Made by a program: the position numbers and the translations under genes. Shown one piece after another: positions 1 through 9,687 of a stretch of 64,000 nt of DNA. This stretch comes from Candidatus Omnitrophota bacterium (GTDB lineage Bacteria > Omnitrophota > Gorgyraeia > Gygaellales > Profunditerraquicolaceae). The notes below the pieces were generated by a model. The model ran no database searches, was not told the origin of the DNA, and saw only the letters and a program-made list of their open reading frames with translations. The stretch's first letter is position 1. Every line of letters starts with the position of its first letter. The stretch is from positions 133,165-197,164 of the forward strand of contig JBAZJY010000001.1 in NCBI GenBank assembly GCA_041651115.1, in the 5' to 3' direction.

Positions 1-1480
1 GCAGCAGCTGGATAAAACTTTATCCGCCATGGCTTCTGCGCTGGGAACGGATACCGGCGTATTGCGGCAGCGGTTAAAAAATGGCTATGTTGCCGCGTTT
101 GTCCCGGTTACCCTGGAGAAAAACATCGGCTTGAAAAAAGCCGTAATTCTCGGCGAGCTGAAGTCAGACTATGGCAACATCATTATCCAGCCCCGGCCCA
201 AGAGAGATTATCCTTACGGAAACCTTGCCAGCCATGTCCTTGGCTATCTGAATGAGATTGACCATTGGCGGCTTACCAAGCTGAAAGATTACGGCTATAA
301 GACCAAAGATATCGTCGGTTTCGGCGGGGTGGAGGAGAAATATGATTATTACCTGCGCCAGGAAGACGGAGCGCAGTCCATACAGGTTGACCACCGCGGA
401 AAATTCATCTGCACTTTAGGTTACCGCCCGCCGGTAGACGGCAAAGACATACAGCTCACCATTGATGTAAAAGCGCAGCAGCTGGCCGAAGAAGCGCTGG
501 GAGAAAGAAAAGGCAGTATTATCTTAATGGATCCTAATGACGGAGCAGTCTTTGCCATGGCATCATCTCCGGGATTTGACCCCGGGCTTTTCGTGGACAA
601 GCCGGCTTCAGCCCTTGCCGGCCTTTCCGATTCTGCGCTGGTTAACCGCGCGATTTCCTCTGCCTATCCGGCAGCCTCGGTATTTAAACTGGTCGTAGCT
701 TCAGCCGGCCTGGAAACCGGTAAGATCAATCTTGCGACAACTTATTCCTGTTCCGGCGGTATGAAGATCGGCAACCGGGAATTCAAATGCTGGGACGTGC
801 ATCATGAGGAGGACCTGGCAGCGGCAATCGCGCATTCCTGCGACATCTTTTTTTATCACACCGGCCTGCTTTTAGGGCCGCAGGCCCTGCACGATTACGC
901 GGTTAAATTCGCTCTTTCCAAACCCACGGGTTTTGACCTGCCGTATGAAGTAAGCGGATTTGTCCCTGACCCGTTATGGAAAAAGATCACCCGTTTTCAG
1001 AAATGGTTTGACGGCGATACGGCGAATTTTTCTATCGGGCAGGGCGATCTCCTGGTTACACCGCTGCAGATCTGCCGGTTGGTTGCCGTATTCGCCAATA
1101 ACGGCACTTTAGTTACCCCTTACGTCATTCAAAACATTGCCGGCAAGGATATGTCAGCCAGCCATAAAAATTATCCGCGTGTACCGGTCAAAAAAAGCGC
1201 GATAAATTATGTGCGCCAGGACTTGAGAAAAGTCGTTTCCGACCGCGCAGGCACTGCCGCGGTATTGTCCGGCCTTGCGGTTTCCGTAGGAGGCAAGACC
1301 GGCACGGCTGAAGCAGGCGGCGATAAGACCCATGGATGGTTCGCGGGATTTTTCCCTTTTAATCAGCCGCAGTTTGCGATCTGCGTTTTTTTGGAAGATA
1401 ACGGTTCGGGCCACGCAGCCAGCGTAGCGGCAAAACAGGTGATTGAAGGGATGGTTAACGAAGGGCTGGTCGCGCAATGA
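1..1480 (+). CDS. mrdA: penicillin-binding protein 2 (peptidoglycan D,D-transpeptidase), 5'-truncated by window edge
   Basis: reading frame open from nt 2 with no upstream stop; SVFK (SxxK) and GKTGTAE (KTG) transpeptidase motifs; 4-nt overlap with downstream RodA gene. Confidence 0.85.
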   Translation, partial: QQLDKTLSAMASALGTDTGVLRQRLKNGYVAAFVPVTLEKNIGLKKAVILGELKSDYGNIIIQPRPKRDYPYGNLASHVLGYLNEIDHWRLTKLKDYGYKTKDIVGFGGVEEKYDYYLRQEDGAQSIQVDHRGKFICTLGYRPPVDGKDIQLTIDVKAQQLAEEALGERKGSIILMDPNDGAVFAMASSPGFDPGLFVDKPASALAGLSDSALVNRAISSAYPAASVFKLVVASAGLETGKINLATTYSCSGGMKIGNREFKCWDVHHEEDLAAAIAHSCDIFFYHTGLLLGPQALHDYAVKFALSKPTGFDLPYEVSGFVPDPLWKKITRFQKWFDGDTANFSIGQGDLLVTPLQICRLVAVFANNGTLVTPYVIQNIAGKDMSASHKNYPRVPVKKSAINYVRQDLRKVVSDRAGTAAVLSGLAVSVGGKTGTAEAGGDKTHGWFAGFFPFNQPQFAICVFLEDNGSGHAASVAAKQVIEGMVNEGLVAQ

Positions 1481-2580
1481 AAAAAGCTACCCTTACGATT
1501 TTAATCATCGCGGTACTGATCTGCGTGATCGGCATACTTTCCATTTACAGCAGCAATTACCAGAAGGAAGGGGAATTCTGGCAGTCTATTTACCGGCGCC
1601 AGATATTGTGGGCCTGCCTCGGGCTGTGCCTGTTCTTTGCGATGGCTAATTTTAATTACCGCAGGCTTTGGGATTTTACCCATATTTTATACGGCGCAGT
1701 TGTTTTTTTACTGCTGCTGGTTTTTATTTTAGGGGCGGTGAGGCTGGGCGCGCAGCGCTGGCTCAGGTTTGCCTGGTTTAATTTCCAGCCTTCTGAAGTC
1801 GCGAAATTAATGATCGTGATCTTCATGGCGAAATATTACAGCGAGAAATCATCCGGCGATGTTTCTCTTTCCGTAAGCCGGCAGGGGATAATGCACGCGC
1901 TGCTCATTCCCTTGTTTTTTGTGGCTGTGCCGGCTGTCCTGATCGTCGAACAGCCTGACCTGGGCAGCGGCATTATGGTAATGTCGGTATTTGCGGTGAT
2001 CGTGTTTTTAGCCGGAGTAAAATTGCGCTATTTGTTTTTACTTTTCGCGCTTACCGCCGCCTGTTTTCCGGTATTCTGGAATTTTTTGCGCGGCTATCAA
2101 AAAGACAGGCTGATGGTATTTCTTAATCCGAACATTGACCCCCTGGGCGCAGGCTACACCGTGATACAATCAAAGATCGCCATTGGCTCGGGAAGCCTTT
2201 TTGGCAAGGGCTGGCTTTTGGGCACGCAGAGCCAGCTGCATTTCCTGCCGGAATCGCATACGGATTTTATCTTTGCCACGTTTGCCGAAGAGTCCGGCCT
2301 TGCAGGCAGTATTATCCTGCTGCTGCTTTACTATATATTGATCCGGCAGGGGATAAGTATCGGCCGCAAGACCGCAGACAGTTTTGGAAAGTTGCTGGCT
2401 TTCGGGATATCCTTTATGCTGGGCATACAGGTTTGCGTAAATATCGCGATGAACTTAGGATTGGCGCCGGTAGTGGGTATCCCGCTTCCGTTGATGAGTT
2501 ACGGCGGTTCGTCGCTCATGGTAACTTTTATTTCGCTGGGCATACTGGCGAATATCGCAAAAGAAAGGTCGGTATTTTGA
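1477..2580 (+). CDS. rodA: rod shape-determining protein RodA (FtsW/RodA/SpoVE family)
   Basis: 367 aa polytopic membrane protein; typical SEDS-family C-terminus; immediately downstream of mrdA. Confidence 0.85.
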   Translation: MKKATLTILIIAVLICVIGILSIYSSNYQKEGEFWQSIYRRQILWACLGLCLFFAMANFNYRRLWDFTHILYGAVVFLLLLVFILGAVRLGAQRWLRFAWFNFQPSEVAKLMIVIFMAKYYSEKSSGDVSLSVSRQGIMHALLIPLFFVAVPAVLIVEQPDLGSGIMVMSVFAVIVFLAGVKLRYLFLLFALTAACFPVFWNFLRGYQKDRLMVFLNPNIDPLGAGYTVIQSKIAIGSGSLFGKGWLLGTQSQLHFLPESHTDFIFATFAEESGLAGSIILLLLYYILIRQGISIGRKTADSFGKLLAFGISFMLGIQVCVNIAMNLGLAPVVGIPLPLMSYGGSSLMVTFISLGILANIAKERSVF

Positions 2581-2609
2581 GCGCAATAAACGATATTTTA
2601 TCCGGCATA

Positions 2610-4304
2610 ATGAAGCCCGGCCGTTATATCGGAAGCGAATGGAATGTTTCCCGCAAGGACTTTGCTTCTGCCGGGGTAAAATTTGCCATTTGTTTTCCCG
2701 ACCTCTACGAAGTCGGGATGAGTAATTTAGGCATCCGTATACTTTACGCGATCCTGAATAATATCCCTGACGTAGCCTGCGAGAGGTTATTTTCTCCCGG
2801 CATTGACCTGGAAAGCAGTCTGCGCAGCAATAAGAGAGAAATATTTTCGCTTGAATCGCGCAGGGGATTAAAGGAATTTGACATTGCCGGCTTTAGCCTT
2901 GGTAACGAATTAGGCTATACCAATATATTAGCCATTCTTGACCTTGCCGGCATTCCGTTTTCCAGCCGCGAGCGCGGCAGCGGATATCCGCTGATCATCG
3001 GCGGAGGGCCGTGCACGCTTAATCCTGAGCCGCTGCATGATTTTTTTGATTTGTTCATTATCGGAGAGGCGGAAGAGGCGATCGTGGAATTGGTCAATGC
3101 TTTTCGGCCGCTCAAAGACGGGTTTAAAAACGGAAGTATCGGCAAAAAAGAGCTATTGGCTAAGCTGGCTTCCATTGAAGGAGTATATGTCCCTTCGCTA
3201 TACGATGTGGAATGCGGGCCGCAGCCTCCGGTAAAGATCAAGAAACGCATTATCAGCGATTTAGACAGCGCGTATTTTCCCGTTAATTGGCTAGTTCCTT
3301 TTATCCAGATTGTCCATGACAGGATCTCCATTGAATTGATGCGCGGCTGCCATAACAAGTGCCGTTTTTGCCAGGCGCGGCAGCAGTATTATCCCTGCCG
3401 CGTCAGGAGCCCGGAAAAGATATTAGCCGCGGCAAAGGAGGCTTTCCGCAGGAGCGGCTATGAGGAGATCGCGCTCACCGGATTATCCGTAAGCGATTAC
3501 CCGCACATAGAAAAAGTCTTGAGCTCGTTTATGGATGAATTCAAGGAAAAATGCGTTGCCTTATCTTTGCCTTCAATAAAACCGAACAAAGAAGTCGGCG
3601 GTATGTCTACGTTGATCGCTTCCTTTAAAAAGACCGGACTTACTTTTGCCCCGGAAGCGGCAACTGAAAAGATGCGCGCTGTGCTCGGCAAAGACTTTAA
3701 TATGCAGGAATTTATGCAGGCCATAGAGGAGGCGTTTGCCTCCGGTTATCTGCACGTTAAGCTGTATTTTATGATCGGCCTGCCGTTTGAAACAGAGGCG
3801 GACCTGGACGGGATCATCGGATTGGCAGAGACGATCTCCGGATTGGGAAAAAAAATAAGGCGCAGGCCCGCGCAAGTCAATGTTGCCGTAAACGCGCTTA
3901 TCCCTAAGCCCCATACCTGCTTTCAATGGTTTTCTATGCCTTTGCCGTCGGAGATAGAGGCCAAACAGAAATATCTTAGGCAGAAGGCAAGCAGGCATAA
4001 ATGGCTTAAATTGAATTTTCATGACTGCCGCATGAGTTTTCTGGAAGCGGTATTTTCCCGCGGAGACAGAAGGCTTAGCCGGGTCATTCTCAACGCCTAT
4101 AATGCCGGCGCAAGGTTTGACGCCTGGCAGGAGCATTTTAAATTTGAAGTTTGGCAGGCGGCTTTTAACGATTGCGGCATAGACCCGGAAGTTTATCTTA
4201 AGGAAAAACCGGTTGATAGCATATTACCATGGGATTTTCTGGAGGCCGGGCCAGGCAAAGATGCGCTGTTAACGGAATTTAACAAAATCATTGATATCAA
4301 ATAA
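2610..4304 (+). CDS. radical SAM protein with N-terminal B12-binding-like domain
   Basis: CHNKCRFC (Cx3Cx2C) radical SAM cluster motif in MRGCHNKCRFCQA; ATG at 2610 chosen over ORF-track start 2433 (which overlaps rodA); an in-frame TTG at 2577 is an alternative start. Confidence 0.7.
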   Translation: MKPGRYIGSEWNVSRKDFASAGVKFAICFPDLYEVGMSNLGIRILYAILNNIPDVACERLFSPGIDLESSLRSNKREIFSLESRRGLKEFDIAGFSLGNELGYTNILAILDLAGIPFSSRERGSGYPLIIGGGPCTLNPEPLHDFFDLFIIGEAEEAIVELVNAFRPLKDGFKNGSIGKKELLAKLASIEGVYVPSLYDVECGPQPPVKIKKRIISDLDSAYFPVNWLVPFIQIVHDRISIELMRGCHNKCRFCQARQQYYPCRVRSPEKILAAAKEAFRRSGYEEIALTGLSVSDYPHIEKVLSSFMDEFKEKCVALSLPSIKPNKEVGGMSTLIASFKKTGLTFAPEAATEKMRAVLGKDFNMQEFMQAIEEAFASGYLHVKLYFMIGLPFETEADLDGIIGLAETISGLGKKIRRRPAQVNVAVNALIPKPHTCFQWFSMPLPSEIEAKQKYLRQKASRHKWLKLNFHDCRMSFLEAVFSRGDRRLSRVILNAYNAGARFDAWQEHFKFEVWQAAFNDCGIDPEVYLKEKPVDSILPWDFLEAGPGKDALLTEFNKIIDIK

Positions 4305-4367
4305 GATATAGTGTAAAATGGGGTCAGAATTATTTTTTGTTGCGCATTTTCTATGCAGGGAGGCAAT

Positions 4368-5786
4368 ATGGAAAAAAATAATAAGCGGCTTAATTTAATT
4401 TCGCAAGGCCTTAGCTACAAATTAAAAATCTCCTTTCATCTTATGATTGTCCTGCCGATTCTTGTTTCTATTTACCTGGTTTCCACTTATATTGTGCCGC
4501 ACATAGGGATCAAGCTTGATATTGTGATGGCGATTGTCGCCAGTTTATTCATTGCTGCCATCGGATTCTTCCTGATTAAAGAAGTATTCGGCCGCATTCT
4601 TTCCGTCACTACCGAGGCAAAACTTATTGCAGCAGGCGACATCAACCGCAAAGTGGCTAGCGAAGCTGACGATGAAGTAGGGGATCTTGGCGCGGCATTA
4701 AACCAGCTGACCGACCGCATCCGCCTTAATGTAGACGAGCTCAAGGGCTACAGCGAAAAAACTTCACGGATAAACGTGGAAATGCAGAAACGGGTAATGG
4801 TGCTTTCCAGCCTCCTGCAGATAAGCTCGTTGATCTCCCAGAGCGCTAAACTTGATGATATCCTGCACGTGGCTACGGAAAAATCGCGGCTTTTGGCAAG
4901 TTCAGAAGCGGCGTATCTGTTATTCCGGCAGGAAGGCCAGAATTATTTTTATACCCGCTTGCTTGACGCCAACCCGTCAAAGGAATTCCCTTCGGCAAGG
5001 ATCGAGCCGTCTGACCAGATATACACGAAATTGAATAAGTCGGGCAGCCCGTTGATCCTGGACGCGAAAAATAACCTTCCGGAAAGCGCAAGGAGCGAGG
5101 TTTACGCGAAATTCGGGATGGTTAATTTACTGGCGTTCCCGGTGATCTTAAGAGGCAAAGTGACGGCTATACTGGGAGTAGGCAACAATGAACTGGATTT
5201 TGCTTTTGGAAAAGAAGACATTGAGCTATTGGATATCCTTGCCAAGCAGGTGGCGATTGCCATAGAAAACGACATACTGGTGCGCAAGGTTGAGAAACTT
5301 GAGATCAAAGATGCCCTTACCGGGTTATATAATGAAGTTTTCATCCGTAACCGCCTTCAGGAAGAGATCAAGCGGGCGATCATTTACCAGCGTCCATGCG
5401 CATTCATAATTTTAAATGTGGATAATTTTCACGCCTATCATGAAAAATACGGGGCATTGCAGGCAGAGTCGGCGCTCAAGCAGATCGGCGCCTTGATCAG
5501 GGAGTCGGTTTCGGAGATTGAGCGCGTGGCAAGGTTCGGAGACAATGAATTTGCCGTTGTGCTGCCGGAAAAAAATAAGCGGCAGGCAAGGGAGATCGCC
5601 GATAAAATAAGGAAAAAGATAGAATCGAATTTCGGCAGCGAAGCGGAAAAGGCAAAGCAGCTTACGATATCCGGCAGCGTCAGTGAAAACCCGCTTGACG
5701 GCATTGACGCGGGAGAATTAATCACCAAGGCCCGGCTGCTCCTGGCCGCGGCTAAGGCGCAGGGGAAGAATAAGGTAATTATATAA
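4368..5786 (+). CDS. membrane HAMP-GAF-GGDEF protein with degenerate GGDEF motif (RFGDNEF)
   Basis: GGAGG RBS 7 nt before ATG 4368; N-terminal TM segment; coiled HAMP-like region; GAF-like middle; C-terminal GGDEF fold with RFGDNEF instead of RYGGEEF and no RxxD I-site. Confidence 0.7.
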   Translation: MEKNNKRLNLISQGLSYKLKISFHLMIVLPILVSIYLVSTYIVPHIGIKLDIVMAIVASLFIAAIGFFLIKEVFGRILSVTTEAKLIAAGDINRKVASEADDEVGDLGAALNQLTDRIRLNVDELKGYSEKTSRINVEMQKRVMVLSSLLQISSLISQSAKLDDILHVATEKSRLLASSEAAYLLFRQEGQNYFYTRLLDANPSKEFPSARIEPSDQIYTKLNKSGSPLILDAKNNLPESARSEVYAKFGMVNLLAFPVILRGKVTAILGVGNNELDFAFGKEDIELLDILAKQVAIAIENDILVRKVEKLEIKDALTGLYNEVFIRNRLQEEIKRAIIYQRPCAFIILNVDNFHAYHEKYGALQAESALKQIGALIRESVSEIERVARFGDNEFAVVLPEKNKRQAREIADKIRKKIESNFGSEAEKAKQLTISGSVSENPLDGIDAGELITKARLLLAAAKAQGKNKVII

Positions 5787-5787
5787 G

Positions 5788-6234
5788 ATGCCAAGAAAGA
5801 TCATCAATAAGCAGCTCGGCGAGCTTTTAGTCGAGCATGGAGCGATCACTCAAGCCCAGCTGGATAAGGCGCTGGCCTTTCAAAAAGATAACGGTGGCCT
5901 GATCGGCGAGATACTGGTTGAGTTAGGATTTTTGCGCGAAGAAGACATTGCCCAGGCGCTGACCGTGCAATATGGTTTTCCGTTCCTGCCTTTGGCAAAT
6001 TACGAGATCGACGCCGCGATCATCGGCATTATCCCCGGCCGGGTAGCGCGGCAATATATGCTTGTGCCCATTGATAAGGTCGGCAATAACCTGACCTTGG
6101 CAATGTCCAACCCCCTTAACTCTCAGGCAATAGAGGACGTGGAGCTTTTGACCGGCTCCAATATCCAGACGTTCGTTTCCACTTCCACAGATATAAAAAA
6201 GGCGATTGACAAATATTACTCAGTAAAGGCATGA
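5788..6234 (+). CDS. standalone T2SS-E N-terminal (MshEN) domain protein, predicted c-di-GMP binder
   Basis: 148 aa; tandem motifs QLGELLVEHGAITQAQLDKALAFQ / LIGEILVELGFLREEDIAQAL match the published MshEN c-di-GMP-binding consensus (RLGxxLxxxGxIxxxxLxxALxxQ then a half repeat). Confidence 0.7.
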   Translation: MPRKIINKQLGELLVEHGAITQAQLDKALAFQKDNGGLIGEILVELGFLREEDIAQALTVQYGFPFLPLANYEIDAAIIGIIPGRVARQYMLVPIDKVGNNLTLAMSNPLNSQAIEDVELLTGSNIQTFVSTSTDIKKAIDKYYSVKA

Positions 6235-7943
6235 TCCTCTTAAAGGACCGTCTTACCGATTTGTTGATCAACAATAAGCTTCTCACCGCCAAACAGCTGA
6301 ATGAGGCCCTGGAGATCCAGAAAGAAAAGGGCGGCAGGCTCAGCGATATTATCGTCGAGTTAAAGTTCATCAAGGAAAGCGAATTACTGGCCGTGCTCAG
6401 CCAGGGATTAGGATTTCCGCTGATTGACCTGAAGCGCTTCAAAATCGATTCGGAAATCGCCAAGATCATCCCCGCGCAAGTTGCCCGCCATTATCAGATC
6501 ATCCCGATATCCAAGATCTCCGATACGATCACGCTGGCAATGGCTGACCCGCTGAATATATTTGCCATTGATCACGTCAAAAACCTTACCGGCTATAAAA
6601 TAAACCCGATCGTTTCTACCAGCCAGGATATATTGCAGGCAATTGAATTAGCTTACCCGGAATCGGCAAAAGACATGATTGACAGCCTGGTCAAAGAGAT
6701 GGCCGTTACTTCTATTGAGCTGATAAGGGAAGAACATGAGGCAGGGCCCAGCGATACGGAACTAGACCGTATCAGCCGGGAAGCGCCGGTGATCAAGATC
6801 GCCAATATGATCCTGGAAGAAGCGGTAAAAAAAGGCGCTTCCGACGTGCTCATTGAGCCGTTGGATAAAAAACTGCGGGTGCGTTTCCGCGTTGACGGTA
6901 TCCTGCGCGAAGAAACAGCGCCTCCCAAGAGCATGCACGCGGCAATCGTCTCGCGCATAAAAGTCATTTCCGACCTGAATATCGCCGAGCACCGCCTGCC
7001 GCAGGATGGCCGCTTCAAAGCGAACCTGCTGCACAAAGAAGTTGATTTCCGCGTGTCCATATTGCCTTCCAGCTTCGGAGAAAAGGCAGCTATCCGCGTA
7101 TTGGATAAATCGGTAAATATCCTGGACATCGATAAATTAGGCTTCAGCAAAAAAGTGCTGGATCCTCTAAAGGCGGCATCAAAACTTCCCCACGGTATGC
7201 TTCTTGTCTGCGGGCCGACCGGCTCAGGTAAAACCACTACCCTTTATTCCATATTAAAATTCATTGATTCACCGGAAAAGAATATTGTTACCGTGGAAGA
7301 CCCCGTGGAATACCAACTGGAAGGTATTAACCAGGTTACGGCAAGGCCGGAGATCGGGCTGACCTTTGCCGGCGCGCTGCGCTCCATTTTAAGGCAGGAT
7401 CCGAACGTGATCATGATCGGCGAGATCCGTGATTTTGAAACCGTGGACATCGCCATAAAAAGCGCGCTTACCGGGCACTTGGTTTTATCTACCCTGCATA
7501 CCACTACTGCCGGAGGATCGCTCATCCGCCTGGTTAATATGGGCATTGAACCTTATCTGATTAATGCTTCCCTGGTGTGCGTGCTTGCGCAGCGGCTGGT
7601 AAGGAAAATATGCACTCATTGCAGAGAAGAATATACTCCTAAAGACGGCGTATTTGAAAGCCTGAAAATCCCCGTCGGAAATGAAAAATTTAAATTCTTC
7701 AGGGGCAAAGGCTGCCAGCGTTGTTTTAATACCGGATACAGCGGAAGAGTGGCGATCGGTGAAGTGCTGGTCTTGAGCTCTAAGATCAGGGAAATGATCC
7801 TTTCGCGGCAGCAGGAAAATGTGATCAAGCAGCAGGCAAGACAAGAAGGCATGACTACGCTCAGGGAAGACGGGCTTGTCGCGGTAAAGAACGGATTTAC
7901 TACGATTGAAGAAGTGGTGCGAGTTACTGCTCCCGACGAGTGA
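6231..7943 (+). CDS. GspE/PilB-family secretion ATPase with N-terminal MshEN-like domain (paralog 1)
   Basis: Walker A GPTGSGKTT, Walker B/Asp box DPNVIMIGEIRD, His box LVLSTLHT, tetracysteine CTHC...CQRC; N-terminal MshEN-like motif with Gly positions substituted. Confidence 0.85.
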   Translation: MILLKDRLTDLLINNKLLTAKQLNEALEIQKEKGGRLSDIIVELKFIKESELLAVLSQGLGFPLIDLKRFKIDSEIAKIIPAQVARHYQIIPISKISDTITLAMADPLNIFAIDHVKNLTGYKINPIVSTSQDILQAIELAYPESAKDMIDSLVKEMAVTSIELIREEHEAGPSDTELDRISREAPVIKIANMILEEAVKKGASDVLIEPLDKKLRVRFRVDGILREETAPPKSMHAAIVSRIKVISDLNIAEHRLPQDGRFKANLLHKEVDFRVSILPSSFGEKAAIRVLDKSVNILDIDKLGFSKKVLDPLKAASKLPHGMLLVCGPTGSGKTTTLYSILKFIDSPEKNIVTVEDPVEYQLEGINQVTARPEIGLTFAGALRSILRQDPNVIMIGEIRDFETVDIAIKSALTGHLVLSTLHTTTAGGSLIRLVNMGIEPYLINASLVCVLAQRLVRKICTHCREEYTPKDGVFESLKIPVGNEKFKFFRGKGCQRCFNTGYSGRVAIGEVLVLSSKIREMILSRQQENVIKQQARQEGMTTLREDGLVAVKNGFTTIEEVVRVTAPDE

Positions 7944-7947
7944 TCCT

Positions 7948-9660
7948 ATGCAGACATTAAGAGAAACGATAATTGATATTTTGCTAAAGAGCAAGCGCCT
8001 TAGCGAGGCGCAGATCAAGGACGCGCTGCGCATACAGAAAGAAAATGACCTGCCCTTACGCAAGGTCCTGGTGGAGCATGGCTTTATCCCCGAGGAGGTG
8101 CTGTTGGCGCTCTTAGCCGAGCAGCTCTATATCCCGACGCTGCATATCTCAAAATATAAATTTGACCCGGATATCATCAGCCTTATCCCGGGCAGCATGG
8201 CAGCCCAATACAAAATGATCCCGCTTTCCCGGATGGGTAATACCCTGACAGTGGCAATGGCTGACCCGCTCAATATTTTTGCCCTTGATGACATAAAAGC
8301 GTATACCGGCTGCAACATTGATACGGTCTTATGCCCGGAAGCGGAGATCTCCGACACCATAGACAGGCAATACCGCGCCGCGACAAAAGATATGCAGCAG
8401 CTGCTGCAGGAAAACGCATCCGGCCCGGCAGAAGCGGGGAAAAAAGATATTGAAGTGCTTAAGACCGACGAGATCGAGCTTTCCAACGCGGTCAAGGAAA
8501 GCGAGAAGCCGCCGATAGTAAAGCTCGTTGACCTTATGCTCAGCGAAGCGCTGAAAAACCGCGCTTCCGACATACATATTGAACCGGAATCCGACCTCTT
8601 GCGCATCAGATATAGGATTGACGGCGCCTTGCATGATGTATTTAAAGTCCCTAAAATTAATCAGAACGCGATACTGGCGCGCATAAAAATAATTTCAAAC
8701 CTGGACATTACAGAGAGCCGCCTGCCGCAGGACGGCAGGTTCAAGGTCAAATTTGAATCCCGGGAAATAGATTTCCGCGTTTCGGCTTTACCGACGACAT
8801 TCGGCCAGAAATTCGTGCTTCGGCTTCTGGATAAGGCCAATCTTTCTATCGGCCTGGATAAGCTAGGATTTTCCGAGCGGCCGATGGCGATCTTTAAGGA
8901 AGCGATTGCCAAGCCTTTTGGGATGATCCTGGTTACCGGCCCCACAGGCTCGGGTAAGTCCACGACCCTTTATTCGGTATTAAGCCAGTTAAATACCCCG
9001 GAGAAAAATATCATTACCATTGAGGACCCGGTAGAATACCAGATTGAAGGCATTACCCAGCTGCAGGCAAAACCGGAGATCGGCCTGGATTTTGCTTCCG
9101 GCCTACGTTCTTTATTAAGACAGAGTCCGGACGTGATCATGATCGGCGAGATCCGGGACTCGGAAACCGCGGATATCGCCATCAAGGCCGCGCTTACCGG
9201 CCAAATGGTTTTTTCTACCTTGCACACCAATGATTCCATTTCCAGTATTACCCGGCTTATTGACATGGGCGTTGAGCCGTTCCTTGTTGCTTCCAGCATA
9301 ATCATGCTTTGCGCGCAAAGGCTTTGCCGCAAGCTTTGCCTTAAGTGCCGCCAGCCGATTGAAGTGCCGCAGGATTTTTTAAAAAAGATCGGCTTTGAGG
9401 AAAAGGCCATCTTTTATAAAGCAGTGGGCTGCCAGTATTGCAACAATACCGGGTTCCGCGGCCGGATCGCGGCCCTTGAAGCGGTAATGATCGACGATAA
9501 CATCCGGGATATGATCATCAGGAAAAAATCTATTGACGAAATCAAAAATTATGCGATAAAAGAATGCGGGATGGTGACTTTAAGAGACGATGCGTTCCTG
9601 AAAGTAAAGGAAGGCACGACAACGCTTGAAGAAGCCCTGCGCATAACCACCGAAGAATAA
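7948..9660 (+). CDS. GspE/PilB-family secretion ATPase with N-terminal MshEN-like domain (paralog 2)
   Basis: Walker A GPTGSGKST, DVIMIGEIRD, MVFSTLHT, tetracysteine CLKC...CQYC; start moved to ATG 7948 (5 nt after the stop of the previous gene). Confidence 0.85.
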   Translation: MQTLRETIIDILLKSKRLSEAQIKDALRIQKENDLPLRKVLVEHGFIPEEVLLALLAEQLYIPTLHISKYKFDPDIISLIPGSMAAQYKMIPLSRMGNTLTVAMADPLNIFALDDIKAYTGCNIDTVLCPEAEISDTIDRQYRAATKDMQQLLQENASGPAEAGKKDIEVLKTDEIELSNAVKESEKPPIVKLVDLMLSEALKNRASDIHIEPESDLLRIRYRIDGALHDVFKVPKINQNAILARIKIISNLDITESRLPQDGRFKVKFESREIDFRVSALPTTFGQKFVLRLLDKANLSIGLDKLGFSERPMAIFKEAIAKPFGMILVTGPTGSGKSTTLYSVLSQLNTPEKNIITIEDPVEYQIEGITQLQAKPEIGLDFASGLRSLLRQSPDVIMIGEIRDSETADIAIKAALTGQMVFSTLHTNDSISSITRLIDMGVEPFLVASSIIMLCAQRLCRKLCLKCRQPIEVPQDFLKKIGFEEKAIFYKAVGCQYCNNTGFRGRIAALEAVMIDDNIRDMIIRKKSIDEIKNYAIKECGMVTLRDDAFLKVKEGTTTLEEALRITTEE

Positions 9661-9687
9661 CGCCGCAAGCGCGGCAGAAAGAAAAAG

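Noticed and set aside
2433-2609. ORF-track start of the radical SAM gene at 2433, overlapping rodA by 148 nt
   Set aside because: The upstream extension overlaps rodA in another frame and adds a non-conserved Arg-rich N-terminus. I preferred ATG 2610 (TTG 2577 also possible).
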